Shown here piece after piece: positions 16,349 to 26,476 of a stretch of DNA of 64,000 bases. The number at the start of each line of letters is the position of its first letter. The stretch's first letter is position 1. The notes under the pieces were generated by a model. It made no database searches. It saw nothing but the letters and a program-made list of their open reading frames with translations, and was not told the DNA's origin. Made by a program: the position numbers and the translations under genes. Location of the stretch: contig OX638329.1 of the NCBI GenBank assembly GCA_951812755.1, positions 293,339 to 357,338 on the forward strand. Reading direction: 5' to 3'. Origin of the DNA: an uncultured Latescibacterota bacterium. GTDB taxonomy: Bacteria; Latescibacterota; UBA2968.

Positions 16349-17633
16349 ACTGATCAGACATGGGAAAAGCCATAACCTCGCCTATAGAAGATGCCCCTGT
16401 AAGAAGCATAACCAGACGATCCACCCCAAGCGCAATACCGCCAGAAGGCGGCATCCCGTATTCGAGAGCCGAAAGAAAACGCTCGTCAATTGGATAAGCC
16501 GCATTCCCCTCCCTCACGCGCTGGGTGGCCTCCTCTTCCAAACGCTGGCGTTGCTCATCCGGATCGTTCAACTCTGTAAACGCATTGCACAACTCCATCC
16601 CCGCAATATAAACCTCAAACCGCTCTGCCAGATCTGGCGCGCTGGACTTGCGTTTGGCAAGCGCTGCCATCGGCGCGGGATAATCGTACAAAATCGCTGG
16701 CTTTTGCACACCCAGATGTGGCTCAACCCGATCGAGAAACACCTTGAAAAACGCGACGTCCGGCGGATCATCCTCATCAACTGTCACATGCCCCGCCTGC
16801 CTGATAAACGCGGCAGTATCCGAATACGGATCAGCGCGAATACCCGCATAGCGCAACATCGCCTCCCGCACAGAAATACGCTCCCACGGCGGCGTCAGAT
16901 CAACCGCGTACTGACCCGTCCGCACAACAGGCTCTCCATATAAATCTGTTGCAAGTCCGGCAATCAAATACTCAGTATCCACCATAATATCAGTATAATC
17001 CGCGTACGCCCGATACCACTCCAGCATCGTAAACTCAGGCGTATGCATCCTGCCAACAGGCTCGTGCCGAAACACCTTGCAAATCTGGTATATCCGTTCA
17101 AAACCAGCCGCGAGCAGGCGCTTCATCGCATACTCAGGCGAAGTATGCAGATAAAACTGCCGCATCTCATACGCCGTCTGAAACGCCTCGAGATGCGGCT
17201 CCATACCCGGTTGCGACACCATCAGAGGCGTCTCAACCTCCACAAAACCCTTCTCATCAAAAAATCGACGAATCCCCGCAATAATTTTGGCGCGCTTGCG
17301 CAAATTCGTCTGCACGACCTGGGATAAAGACACATCCGCACCACGGGACGGCACCAGCACCCGCAGCCCTGTAGCAGAAAAAACATCGCCTTCAAGACAA
17401 CCCTCAACCTCCACAATATCTCCAGTCTTTGCCTCGGTAGCAGTATTAAAACACAGGCACACCCTTCCCGTCTCATCGGAAAGCGCATCTCGCTCCACAA
17501 GACGCCCGGCCACAACCGCAAACTCACCCGCCTGCAGATCACAGACCCGATGCGTACGCTTACATCGTGCGGGATATTGGGGAGATGGATAATCGCGCAT
17601 GAATATTGTCCTTAGAAGTCGATTGACGACCAA
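16347..17633 (-). CDS. epmA: EF-P lysine aminoacylase EpmA/GenX-like class II LysRS paralog with an N-terminal OB-fold-like extension
   Basis: TSPEYAMKRLL, TPEFTMLEWY, ERFEVYIAGMELCNAFTELNDPDEQRQR and GIALGVDRLVMLL align with EpmA/PoxA. An extra N-terminal segment of about 100 aa (..FAVVAGRLVERD...IVEVEGCL) is not present in E. coli EpmA. Confidence 0.65.
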   Translation of the reverse strand: MVVNRLLRTIFMRDYPSPQYPARCKRTHRVCDLQAGEFAVVAGRLVERDALSDETGRVCLCFNTATEAKTGDIVEVEGCLEGDVFSATGLRVLVPSRGADVSLSQVVQTNLRKRAKIIAGIRRFFDEKGFVEVETPLMVSQPGMEPHLEAFQTAYEMRQFYLHTSPEYAMKRLLAAGFERIYQICKVFRHEPVGRMHTPEFTMLEWYRAYADYTDIMVDTEYLIAGLATDLYGEPVVRTGQYAVDLTPPWERISVREAMLRYAGIRADPYSDTAAFIRQAGHVTVDEDDPPDVAFFKVFLDRVEPHLGVQKPAILYDYPAPMAALAKRKSSAPDLAERFEVYIAGMELCNAFTELNDPDEQRQRLEEEATQRVREGNAAYPIDERFLSALEYGMPPSGGIALGVDRLVMLLTGASSIGEVMAFPMSDQ

Positions 17634-17710
17634 ATATGGTCCTATATATTACGTGTTATCGCCTCTTTAACACAAAAATTTAACTACCCCCGCAAACAAA
17701 AGGAACCACC

Positions 17711-18556
17711 ATGCGACCGTACATCTGTTGTCACAACCACATTGGACGAACCATTAACCGCGTCCCCACCGTCGGACAAAACGCCCAAATGTGCTTATCC
17801 CGCTTCGCCGAAACCAATATTTACGCAACCATATCAATGCCAACAGCCGTGGGAAGCCCAATCACCCGGGGAATACAAGACATACGGGAACAAAACGAAG
17901 CCATTGCCCGCGCGTGCAAAAAATTTCCAGACGTATTTCCCATAGGCATGGCACTCATCGAGCCGCGATTCGGCGAACTCGGCATCGATGAAGCCGAAAA
18001 AGCCCTGGACGACCTGGGCCTCGTTGGAATAGCCGGACACCCCCCAATGAAAGAAGAAATCCTCCCCATGGTAGAAGTCGCAGCCGCGCGAAACGGACTG
18101 TGCAACCTGCACTGGCACGACAACTTGATGGACCGCACCGCCCGAACCTTTCCGAATGCACAATTTATCGTACACGCCAGCACATGGGCCGCGGAAAACC
18201 TATCACAACACGATAATCTCTGGTTCGAAGTCGTACAATACCCCGACGGACGGAACTCCACCTGGGACTTCAAATGGTTCGCCGACAAAGTCGGACGCGA
18301 GCGACTCATCTTTGGCGCGGACCTGCCCTATTACGACTATCGCTTTCTCCAGCGCGTAATAGAAAAAGCCGACTGCGACGACGACTTGAAAGATCGAATT
18401 GCCCATCGAAATGTCATGACCCTGATCAAACACTACAAACCAGACTGGACATTGCCGACACATCCGCCTCAAGCACCCCGCGTGTACGATCCAGAGCTAC
18501 TCTGGGCGTGCAGATCAGATCAGACAGATCGGTTGACCGTGGATATCTTGCCCTGA
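17711..18556 (+). CDS. Amidohydrolase-2 family (TIM-barrel metal-dependent hydrolase) protein
   Basis: N-terminal CCHNHIG (HxH metal ligands). The size and distribution of His and Asp residues are consistent with PF04909-type hydrolases. Confidence 0.5.
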   Translation: MRPYICCHNHIGRTINRVPTVGQNAQMCLSRFAETNIYATISMPTAVGSPITRGIQDIREQNEAIARACKKFPDVFPIGMALIEPRFGELGIDEAEKALDDLGLVGIAGHPPMKEEILPMVEVAAARNGLCNLHWHDNLMDRTARTFPNAQFIVHASTWAAENLSQHDNLWFEVVQYPDGRNSTWDFKWFADKVGRERLIFGADLPYYDYRFLQRVIEKADCDDDLKDRIAHRNVMTLIKHYKPDWTLPTHPPQAPRVYDPELLWACRSDQTDRLTVDILP

Positions 18557-18565
18557 GGCACAAAA

Positions 18566-19945
18566 ATGACCAGTAAGCGACCAAATATAATCGTATTTTT
18601 AACCGACGACCAGGGCTATGGCGACCTGGGAATCTACGGAAACCCGGACCTGAACACGCCCCACATCGACCGCATCGGGCGGGAAGGCCTGTGTCTGAAC
18701 CAGCACTACACCGCATCGCCAATATGCGCGCCAGCTCGCGCCGCTTTTTTAACCGGACGCTACAACCACCGTGTAGGCGCATTGAGCGTAGAATCCAACC
18801 GCGGACTGGACCGGATTGCACTCGGCGAATCCACAATCGCGGACTTATTCAAAGCAAACGGCTATGCAACGGGAATGGTGGGAAAATGGCACAACGGACT
18901 ACACGACATGCGGTATCATCCGAACAACCGGGGATTCGATGAATTCGCGGGATTCTTGAACGGCGGAATGAATTACTGGAACTGGATCATCGAATACAAC
19001 GGACAGCCAAAGTGGTCAGACGGCCGGTACCTCACCGACGTATTTACACAGGACGCCATCGAATTTATCAAACGGCACAAAACACAGCCGTTTTTTCTCT
19101 ACGTCGCCTACAACGCACCGCACGGACCACTCGAAGCTCCCGAAGAAGATGTCCAGCCCTTTGAAGAAATGGAAAAATTTACCCGGGCCGTATGTCTCAC
19201 CTACGGCATGATCCGGCGGATGGATACCGGAATCGGGCAAATCCTGGACACACTCGAACAACACGGCCTGGCGGAAGATACGATTGTACTCTACACCAGC
19301 GACAACGGGCCTGTCCATCTCGGCAAAGGGGAAAACGACCAGACCCGCTACAACGGACCGTTTCGGGGCATGAAATACGATGTACTCGAAGGCGGAATCC
19401 GCGTACCGGGCCTGATCCGCTGGCCCGCGGGCTTGCCCCAGGGGAAGACGTATGACGGAATGCTGCACTTTACAGACTGGATGCCCACCCTGTTAAACGC
19501 CTGCGGAATCGACATGCAGACGCCCACAGACGGAATGGATGTCATGCCCGCATTACAGGGTGAACCCGAAAAACTACCGACCAAACGATACTGGCAATTC
19601 AACCGCTACGATCCCATTGGCACATGCAATGCCGCGATGAGAGACGGGGAATGGAAGCTCTACTGGCCCCGCATTGAAGAAGCCATGCAAAAAATGAGAT
19701 CGGACAATCCGCCATACCAGAAAAATCACGAAGTCCCGCATTTTCTCATGAACGTGGAAAATCCACCTGTGGAACGAACACTATCACCGCCCGGTGACCC
19801 AGAACTTTACAATATTGAAAACGATCCGCACGAAAACATCAACCTCGCGCAACAACAGCCAGACCGCGCACACCGCATGAAACGCGAACTGGAAACGTGG
19901 TTTGAAGCCGTAGAAGCAGATCGGCGACGCATCGCACCGTTATAA
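18566..19945 (+). CDS. Sulfatase (formylglycine-dependent arylsulfatase family)
   Basis: IIVFLTDDQGYGDLG. The CxPxR formylglycine motif within CAPARAAFLTGR. A GKWH motif. Confidence 0.85.
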   Translation: MTSKRPNIIVFLTDDQGYGDLGIYGNPDLNTPHIDRIGREGLCLNQHYTASPICAPARAAFLTGRYNHRVGALSVESNRGLDRIALGESTIADLFKANGYATGMVGKWHNGLHDMRYHPNNRGFDEFAGFLNGGMNYWNWIIEYNGQPKWSDGRYLTDVFTQDAIEFIKRHKTQPFFLYVAYNAPHGPLEAPEEDVQPFEEMEKFTRAVCLTYGMIRRMDTGIGQILDTLEQHGLAEDTIVLYTSDNGPVHLGKGENDQTRYNGPFRGMKYDVLEGGIRVPGLIRWPAGLPQGKTYDGMLHFTDWMPTLLNACGIDMQTPTDGMDVMPALQGEPEKLPTKRYWQFNRYDPIGTCNAAMRDGEWKLYWPRIEEAMQKMRSDNPPYQKNHEVPHFLMNVENPPVERTLSPPGDPELYNIENDPHENINLAQQQPDRAHRMKRELETWFEAVEADRRRIAPL

Positions 19946-20087
19946 GTGATATCACAGATATAAACCTGAAATCGGTACAAATCTCAAGTTTAACTTGAAA
20001 TATGTACCGATTTGCTTATTTTACCCCGCCTTTACAACGAAAAAGTCAATCCGACTCGCCTGTACCGAATAAAAGGAACATTGGCCT

Positions 20088-22028
20088 ATGGAAAAAGACT
20101 CTTATGCCGACCTCACCTGGGAAGACCTTGAACACTGGGCGGGGACTACAATCGTCAGCAGAGGACGCACCTACCAGCGCAACAGTAGCGTCTCTGATTT
20201 GGGAATCACACCTGAAGGCGCGCTCATCGCCTATGTGCTGGGCAGCACGCGCTATGTCACACAAGTGGCAATCCAGGAAGAGGACTTGACATCCGAGTGT
20301 ACCTGTCCTTACTGGGCAAATTGCAAACACGCCGTTGCCGTGGTATTGGAATACCTGATGTGCTTGAAGAATGATGTTGCAGTGCCACAAATCTCGCAAA
20401 CAGACCCCCGCCTGGACAGGCTGCGAGAAACCGAGACAACCGGAGAAGAATATTGGGATCTCGAACTGGGTAGGTGGACAGATACAGAAGAACAATTAGA
20501 GGCCGCACAACAGCAGAACACCGGCCCCCTTTTGGCCTACCTCAAAAAACAGACCAGAGCACAACTCGTAGAACTGCTCGACGAACTCACCAACGCCTTT
20601 CCCGATGTACGAAAATTTCTGGAGGATCGCCGAAAGGTTCGCAGTGGCAATGCCGACACGCTGCTCAAAGCGATCAGGCAGGAACTTGCGGATATAAGAG
20701 AAGGACCCGATTGGGATGAGTATGAATATGAGTATGACCAGGAATATCAGCCTGTAAGTTTCAATCGCCTAAAAACATATCTTCAGGCACTCCTTATAGC
20801 GGGACCTGCCGAAGAACTTCTTCAGGTGGGCAAAGAATTGATCAACGCCGTCAATTTCGCGCTTGACAACTACGATATCGAAGGAGACATAATTGATGAA
20901 GTCCCAGCCTGCATGGAAATAGTGATACAGGCCCTACCAGCGTCCTCGCTGTCGTCGTCCGAAAAATTGATATGGGCGGTGGACCTGGAATTGGCCGACG
21001 AGTGCGAATTTTGTTACGATGTGCTGGAAAATATCTGGAATAATGCAAATAATAAATCCGACTGGCATGCATTGGCCGACGAATTGCAGAAACGCCTGAA
21101 TGCCATTCGGTCAGACAATGAACTCCGAAATCGCGTGACCGGATGGCTCATCTCTGCATTCGAGCAAACCGGGCGCGAAGATGAAATCATCCCTCTGCGC
21201 GAGCGCGAGGCCGAGACCACCGGCGACTATATACAACTGATAGACCTCCTGACTGATGAAAAACACTATGAAGACGCCGAACACTGGTGCCAGAAAGCCA
21301 TTGCAAACACAAACCCCAATCATCCAGGTACTATCTCAAATCTTGAGGACCGGCTACGTACCATTCGAGAAAAAACCGGTGACTATCTGAGTGCTACGAC
21401 CTTTTATGCGGACGACTTTTTCTCGAATCCTTCGCTGCATACTTTTCAAGAATTGTGCGAGGCCGCACAAAAGGCCAAAGTGGGACCAGCCGTCGAAGCC
21501 TGGGCGCGCTATTTTCTGGAAACTGGACACTTACCGCGAACAAAGGGCAGAAAGCGAAAAGGGGAACCCAATGACAAATGGCCTTTACCAAAGACGGAAT
21601 TTGAAAAAGACATTGACGCTTCAGAAGGCCCCATGATCCATCTCCTGATCGAACTTGCCATCGCTGAGAAAAAGCCAACAGAGGTTTTGAAGTGGTACGA
21701 TCTGAAAACTCCCTCAACACATTACTCATGGGGCTATATGTACACATCATCGCTCAACGTAGCCCAGGCCATCAAAGAAAAATATCCAGACCGCGCCATA
21801 GCGATCTGGAAAGAACAGGCTGAGTCTGCGATCAGCCGCGTTGAAGTTTCCGGTTATCAGGAAGCTGGCACCTATCTCCGCGAGGTGCGAGACACATTAA
21901 AGCGTCTCAACAGGGAGCAAGAATGGGAAACGTATTTGAGCGAGTTGAGAGACCAAAACAAAAGAAGACCGCGTTGCCTCGAAGTCCTGGATGGTTTGGC
22001 AGGCAAGCGCATCATCGATAGGGAATAG
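20088..22028 (+). CDS. SWIM zinc-finger domain protein with a long C-terminal alpha-helical repeat region
   Basis: CTCPYWANCKHAVAV (CxC..CxH SWIM motif) near the N-terminus. 646 aa. Confidence 0.65.
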   Translation: MEKDSYADLTWEDLEHWAGTTIVSRGRTYQRNSSVSDLGITPEGALIAYVLGSTRYVTQVAIQEEDLTSECTCPYWANCKHAVAVVLEYLMCLKNDVAVPQISQTDPRLDRLRETETTGEEYWDLELGRWTDTEEQLEAAQQQNTGPLLAYLKKQTRAQLVELLDELTNAFPDVRKFLEDRRKVRSGNADTLLKAIRQELADIREGPDWDEYEYEYDQEYQPVSFNRLKTYLQALLIAGPAEELLQVGKELINAVNFALDNYDIEGDIIDEVPACMEIVIQALPASSLSSSEKLIWAVDLELADECEFCYDVLENIWNNANNKSDWHALADELQKRLNAIRSDNELRNRVTGWLISAFEQTGREDEIIPLREREAETTGDYIQLIDLLTDEKHYEDAEHWCQKAIANTNPNHPGTISNLEDRLRTIREKTGDYLSATTFYADDFFSNPSLHTFQELCEAAQKAKVGPAVEAWARYFLETGHLPRTKGRKRKGEPNDKWPLPKTEFEKDIDASEGPMIHLLIELAIAEKKPTEVLKWYDLKTPSTHYSWGYMYTSSLNVAQAIKEKYPDRAIAIWKEQAESAISRVEVSGYQEAGTYLREVRDTLKRLNREQEWETYLSELRDQNKRRPRCLEVLDGLAGKRIIDRE

Positions 22029-22045
22029 GTTATGTCGGAGCCGCC

Positions 22046-22783
22046 CTATTCAACCGCAAACAGCCGGTTGCGCGCTGGCATGCTGACGATCTTCGAGAAA
22101 TGGTAGATCTGCAAATCGGGATGGTCGGGATTGACCGTGGTAGGCACTTCGATCACAAAATCGGCGAAATGAGGGACATTAAAAGCCACGAAAGCCAGCG
22201 TTAGGCAATCGATGAGCCGCCCGGGACGCACCGAAAGATCCGGAAAGGCGACCGGACCGGTATCGACCTGGTAACGGTCGTCGTCACGGCGGGTATTCAT
22301 CGTCTTAACCGGACATTCAATCAGTGCCCGAAGGCCGGTATCGTCGTTGCGGATCTCGGTCTGCGAGACCAGCGGCGCGAAGCGGTACGTCTCCTCCCGG
22401 ATCGCCGCGTTCGTCGGCAACTCGCGAATCGTCGCGCCTTCGACGAGATGCAGGTCGTAACCGCCGAACATCTCCGTGTACGAACGCGTTTCCCGGTAGC
22501 GGTCGCTGAGATAGGCATGGCGCCTGAAAATGAGACCGTACCCTGCGCTGAAGATCGGCAGGAAATCGTAGTTGTCCCGCTGAAACAGATCCTTCTCGTG
22601 AAAGGTGTTCTCGCTCTTGCATGAGGCTGTCTGGTAGAAATCCTCACAGATCCCCTGCCTGTCATCGATAACGCGGGTGCGCGACTCGATCCAAAAACGC
22701 GCCTCATTGGTGCGCCCCTTCCCGATCAGGAACGAACGCCCGTAATCCAGTGGGGTCATGTCGATTTGCATATCGTCACTCAC
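22046..22783 (-). CDS. Hypothetical protein (245 aa), downstream of the SulP transporter in the same operon
   Basis: The ORF is open with coding-like composition, and there is a 12-bp gap to the SulP stop. I recognised no family. Confidence 0.4.
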   Translation of the reverse strand: MSDDMQIDMTPLDYGRSFLIGKGRTNEARFWIESRTRVIDDRQGICEDFYQTASCKSENTFHEKDLFQRDNYDFLPIFSAGYGLIFRRHAYLSDRYRETRSYTEMFGGYDLHLVEGATIRELPTNAAIREETYRFAPLVSQTEIRNDDTGLRALIECPVKTMNTRRDDDRYQVDTGPVAFPDLSVRPGRLIDCLTLAFVAFNVPHFADFVIEVPTTVNPDHPDLQIYHFSKIVSMPARNRLFAVE

Positions 22784-22794
22784 TGGTCTTCCTC

Positions 22795-25017
22795 CTAAGT
22801 GCGAGAATCCACTTGCAATTGCCTACCTCCCCGCTCGCCCTGGAGACGTCCGCCAAGGAGATATCGATACAGCTTGAGGGCAAGCCGCTCTTCGCTCTTC
22901 TCCAGATTATCCCGGGCGACCAGCGTCAGCACCATCGTCTGACAGGGTTCGTCCGCAACCACAGAGGTCTGGTCCGGCGCGTCCGCCGGCCATATCGCAT
23001 CGCCGGGACCGCACTGAAACAGGCGCGCACCTGCGGAATCATAGCCGGAAGCCCGGCCCGAAAGCAGCAGTTGCAGATCTTCATGGGACGCATCCGGTCC
23101 TGCGATAGTCTCGCCAGAGGAGTACTCGTGAGGATTCAGATAGCCTTGAAGTCCCTCTATCAGATTCTCGAACTCCATCTGCCGCTCCAGGTAGTGCTCG
23201 AGGTCATCGGCGGCGTGATCCAGCAGCGAGGCACGCCGCTCGTCTGCCATATCCACATCCGCATTCCACGCCTCAATAACGATATCCTCGCAGCGTTCGA
23301 GGGCACCATCCACATCTGGCTCTACCAGCAACTCATCATATACAGAAGGCGGAAGGCTTCGCTCAAGCCCTGACCTCAACCCCTCGGACACTGCGCTCAG
23401 AACGACCCGCACCCCGGCCGCGTTCGCCGTCTGCAAAAACCTCCCCAGGACGCTCACTGCCGAGAAGTCAAAGCCGGAGACAGCGCTGAAGTCCAGCAAC
23501 AGACAAAGGGGACGCGAAACACCGGTCAGGGACTGCCTGAGATGATCGGCCAGAGGGGACACGCTGCCAAAAAAGAGGTAGCCGCGCAGCCGGTATGCCT
23601 GCACCCGCTCACCCTCCTCCAGCAAGATGGCGCGATCGGGGACGGACCGGGTCTTGTTGCTCACGCGCTCGCGTGCGGTAAACCGCGATTCGATCGGATC
23701 CACGCGGCTCAGGCGCACGGCGAAAAACACCAGAGTGGCGAGCATCCCAACAGCCACGCCCTCAAAGAGTCCGAAGTACAAGATCACAAAGAAGATCAGC
23801 AGAATAATGCCGTACTCTGACCGGGGAAGCTGCCTGTAGCTTGTCACGAGACCCTGGTCCAGCATGCCGAGACCGGCAAAGACCAGAATTCCGCCTACGA
23901 GCGGTGCCGGAACGAACTCCAGCATCCCGTCGCCCATGAACAACGCGACCCCGATCACAAAGGCGGCAACCACCCCGGTCAGACGCGTTGCGGCTCTGAA
24001 CAGCTTGCTGCGCAGGGACGCCGGCACCACAATAGTCGCCACCGTTCCGCCGCCCAGACCGGCGATCACACTCGCGGCTCCTGTCACGCGGAACTCCCTG
24101 TCCCAGTCCAACTCCTGATTCGCAGCCAGTTCGAGACCAGCGACATTCATGACCACGCAGATGAAAGCGACCAGAATCAGCGTCAGCATGTGGGGGACTT
24201 GCGTAGCTATCAAAGACCAATCTACATGCACCAGATCCGCGGGAAGCAGAGCCGGCCACAGACTTCCATCCGCCGTGCTCGTGAGCAGCAATCCCTCTGC
24301 CCGCGCCTCGTCACCCGAAAAACCGAGACCGGCGAGTGTGAAATGGTACGCAGCTACGGCAAGCACGATACTCCCCGGCAGGATCAGCGGGTTGCCCCAG
24401 CGTTTCATCGCGAAGTACAGGGCAATCCCATACACCGCGCCCGGGCTCCACTTCCACAGAACGGAAGGCTCTATGAGTGCGGAAATCATCCACCATTTCA
24501 GTTCTGCTCCCATCAACGACAGGGCCGCCGGGCACACGACAGCCCCTATTCCCGCCACAAATCCGCTTGCCACCGGATAGGGGATGAAACGCACCAGATT
24601 GACGAGTCCGAAACGTCCGATCATGAAACAGCACACACCTGTGGCCACCGCACTGATCATGAGCGCGACCACTGTAGTGACGAACAACGCGTCGCCTTCC
24701 GCGCTGATCGAGATCGAGGACCCGAACAGTGCCATCACAATCACCAGCGCGGGAGACAGACCCGCAATCGCCCCGCGGTACCCGCTCGCGAGGGCGATAA
24801 CCAGGCATGCTGCGAAATTCCCGAACAGTATCAGACCGACGCCCTGGGAGGAATAGGGAGCCAATGGTCCCGAGAATATAAAGCTCCCAAACGCAATCTG
24901 CGCGATGAGCAGACCCATACCCGAAGTGAAGCCAACTGATAACACCAGAACGACCCGCGCGGGCAGGAGGTCGGCGCGAAGCTCAGATGCAAGGTCTCGG
25001 AATACGGATATCGCCAT
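22795..25017 (-). CDS. SulP family anion transporter with a STAS domain and an additional C-terminal extension of about 200 aa
   Basis: Typical SulP N-terminus and TM core. STAS (YRLRGYLFFGSVSPLADHL..). Then an extra region with a possible cNMP-binding-like segment. Confidence 0.8.
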   Translation of the reverse strand: MAISVFRDLASELRADLLPARVVLVLSVGFTSGMGLLIAQIAFGSFIFSGPLAPYSSQGVGLILFGNFAACLVIALASGYRGAIAGLSPALVIVMALFGSSISISAEGDALFVTTVVALMISAVATGVCCFMIGRFGLVNLVRFIPYPVASGFVAGIGAVVCPAALSLMGAELKWWMISALIEPSVLWKWSPGAVYGIALYFAMKRWGNPLILPGSIVLAVAAYHFTLAGLGFSGDEARAEGLLLTSTADGSLWPALLPADLVHVDWSLIATQVPHMLTLILVAFICVVMNVAGLELAANQELDWDREFRVTGAASVIAGLGGGTVATIVVPASLRSKLFRAATRLTGVVAAFVIGVALFMGDGMLEFVPAPLVGGILVFAGLGMLDQGLVTSYRQLPRSEYGIILLIFFVILYFGLFEGVAVGMLATLVFFAVRLSRVDPIESRFTARERVSNKTRSVPDRAILLEEGERVQAYRLRGYLFFGSVSPLADHLRQSLTGVSRPLCLLLDFSAVSGFDFSAVSVLGRFLQTANAAGVRVVLSAVSEGLRSGLERSLPPSVYDELLVEPDVDGALERCEDIVIEAWNADVDMADERRASLLDHAADDLEHYLERQMEFENLIEGLQGYLNPHEYSSGETIAGPDASHEDLQLLLSGRASGYDSAGARLFQCGPGDAIWPADAPDQTSVVADEPCQTMVLTLVARDNLEKSEERLALKLYRYLLGGRLQGERGGRQLQVDSRT

Positions 25018-25034
25018 AGCGGTTTCCTGGAAGC

Positions 25035-25130
25035 ATGTTGAAAAAATCGAATATCAAAACTATTGTCAACAAATCTGTTGAAAAAAATCGGGCAACCAAA
25101 TTATCGTCAACACATCCGTTGAAACATCTA
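25035..25130. promoter_or_regulatory. Three spaced repeats of YGTTGAAAMAAATC, two of them forming TCAACA-n4-TGTTGA inverted repeats. Candidate operator array in the SulP promoter.
   Basis: catgttgaaaaaatcg (25035-25050), ttgtcaacaaatctgttgaaaaaaatcgg (25063-25091), tcgtcaacacatccgttgaaacatc (25105-25129). Confidence 0.45.
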
Positions 25131-25149
25131 AAAACAACAAAAACCATCT

Positions 25150-25181
25150 GGATCGCGGCTAACAACATGCCGCGATGACGG
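25150..25181. repeat. REP-like palindromic element, copy 2
   Basis: ggatcgcggctaacaacatgccgcgatgacgg. Confidence 0.7.
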
Positions 25182-25295
25182 TGCTTGTTGATGGGTTCTT
25201 TTTCACAGTGAACTGGTCTGGACTGCGACCAGTTGTACACACTCCCTACTTCACAGTGAACTGGTCTGGACACTACGACCAGTTGTACACCGTCC

Positions 25296-26285
25296 CTACT
25301 TCAAAAACCCCTGAACTCGCGGGTGATCGAGCACATCGGTATTCAGCACATCTCTGGGCGTGCGACCTTCAACCGCGTCGATAATTTGCTCCACGCAACA
25401 CTCGTCAAGCCGAATAGCGGACTCAACGGTAATGCCTGCATTGTGATTGGTACAGATAATGCGGGGGTGGTCTTTGTGAATCGCACGCGTCTGATTGACC
25501 GGATCATCGACGAGATAATAATAGAGCCGCTCTTCTTTAATCGCACGGTTCACCGCTTCATCATCCACCAGATTGCCACGCGAGGGATTGATCACTGAGG
25601 CATGGGGTTTCATCGCGCAGAGCAGATCGTAGGTCACAACGGTATCATCGCCTGAAAGATGGAGAGAAATCGCATCGCATTCCTCGAAAAGGACGCGGGG
25701 ATCATCTACCACCTCGGCATCGTACTGCGCGGCGACCTCGTCAATATCCGGACGAATATCATAGACCAGCAAACGTCCTGAATCCCCCAGAAGCGGACGC
25801 GCGCGTTCGGCCATCGCCTGACCGATCCGCCCCAGACCCCAGATCCCCAGCGTAGAGCCTTCCGCCTCATAAGTCTTGATAATCTCAAAACTTCCCGCAT
25901 GGCTATTTCGGTTCAAAGTATAAACGCGCTTCAGCGCGGCCATCCACTGCGCGATCGCAAATTCGGCAACCGTCACCATATGCACAGGGGCAACCGTGAC
26001 AATAACACCGCAATCAGTCGCGCGTGGCACATCGACCTTTTCAAATCCCACACCCCAGCGCGCAACAATGCGCAAATCGCGCGCCGTGGCGTAAAACTCG
26101 GGCGAGAACACAACCGAATCCGCCAAAACACCCACCACACCCTCGGCGTGTTCGGCACCAAATTCGGTCTCAGCGTAAAATTCCACCTCCGCGTAATCGC
26201 GCAACCTGTCAATCGCCCTCGTCCGCTCCTCAGATGCAAACTCGGGACCCTGCAATTTATCTGTAATGAGAATTTTTTGAGCCAT
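25296..26285 (-). CDS. D-isomer-specific 2-hydroxyacid dehydrogenase family protein (NAD-binding)
   Basis: GLGRIGQAMAERA Rossmann motif. Catalytic-domain layout typical of PGDH/GDH-like enzymes. Confidence 0.75.
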   Translation of the reverse strand: MAQKILITDKLQGPEFASEERTRAIDRLRDYAEVEFYAETEFGAEHAEGVVGVLADSVVFSPEFYATARDLRIVARWGVGFEKVDVPRATDCGVIVTVAPVHMVTVAEFAIAQWMAALKRVYTLNRNSHAGSFEIIKTYEAEGSTLGIWGLGRIGQAMAERARPLLGDSGRLLVYDIRPDIDEVAAQYDAEVVDDPRVLFEECDAISLHLSGDDTVVTYDLLCAMKPHASVINPSRGNLVDDEAVNRAIKEERLYYYLVDDPVNQTRAIHKDHPRIICTNHNAGITVESAIRLDECCVEQIIDAVEGRTPRDVLNTDVLDHPRVQGFLK

Positions 26286-26325
26286 ATCTCCCTCTGTAAT
26301 TCGTCAATGAACCGCTGCCTTCTTC

Positions 26326-26476
26326 TCGCCTTTCATCTGCCTTCGCCTTTCATCTGCCTTCGCCTTTCATCTGCCTTCGCCTTTCATCTGCCTTCGCCTT
26401 TCATCTGCCTTCGCCTTTCATCTGCCTTCGCCTTTCATCTGCCTTCGCCTTTCATCTGCCTTCGCCTTTCATCTGC
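26326..26476. repeat. Intergenic 17-bp tandem minisatellite (CCTTCGCCTTTCATCTG), about 9 perfect copies
   Basis: Read directly from the sequence. There are no unique spacers, so it is not a CRISPR array. The track ORF 25899..26894 spanning it is spurious. Confidence 0.9.

Noticed and set aside
17821-18309. 162-aa minus-strand ORF and other ORFs inside the amidohydrolase gene
   Set aside because: Antisense to a plus-strand gene with a conserved HxH amidohydrolase start. No independent support.
26326-26476. Possible CRISPR array
   Set aside because: Perfect 17-bp head-to-tail repeats with no unique spacers and a repeat unit far shorter than CRISPR repeats. It is a minisatellite.
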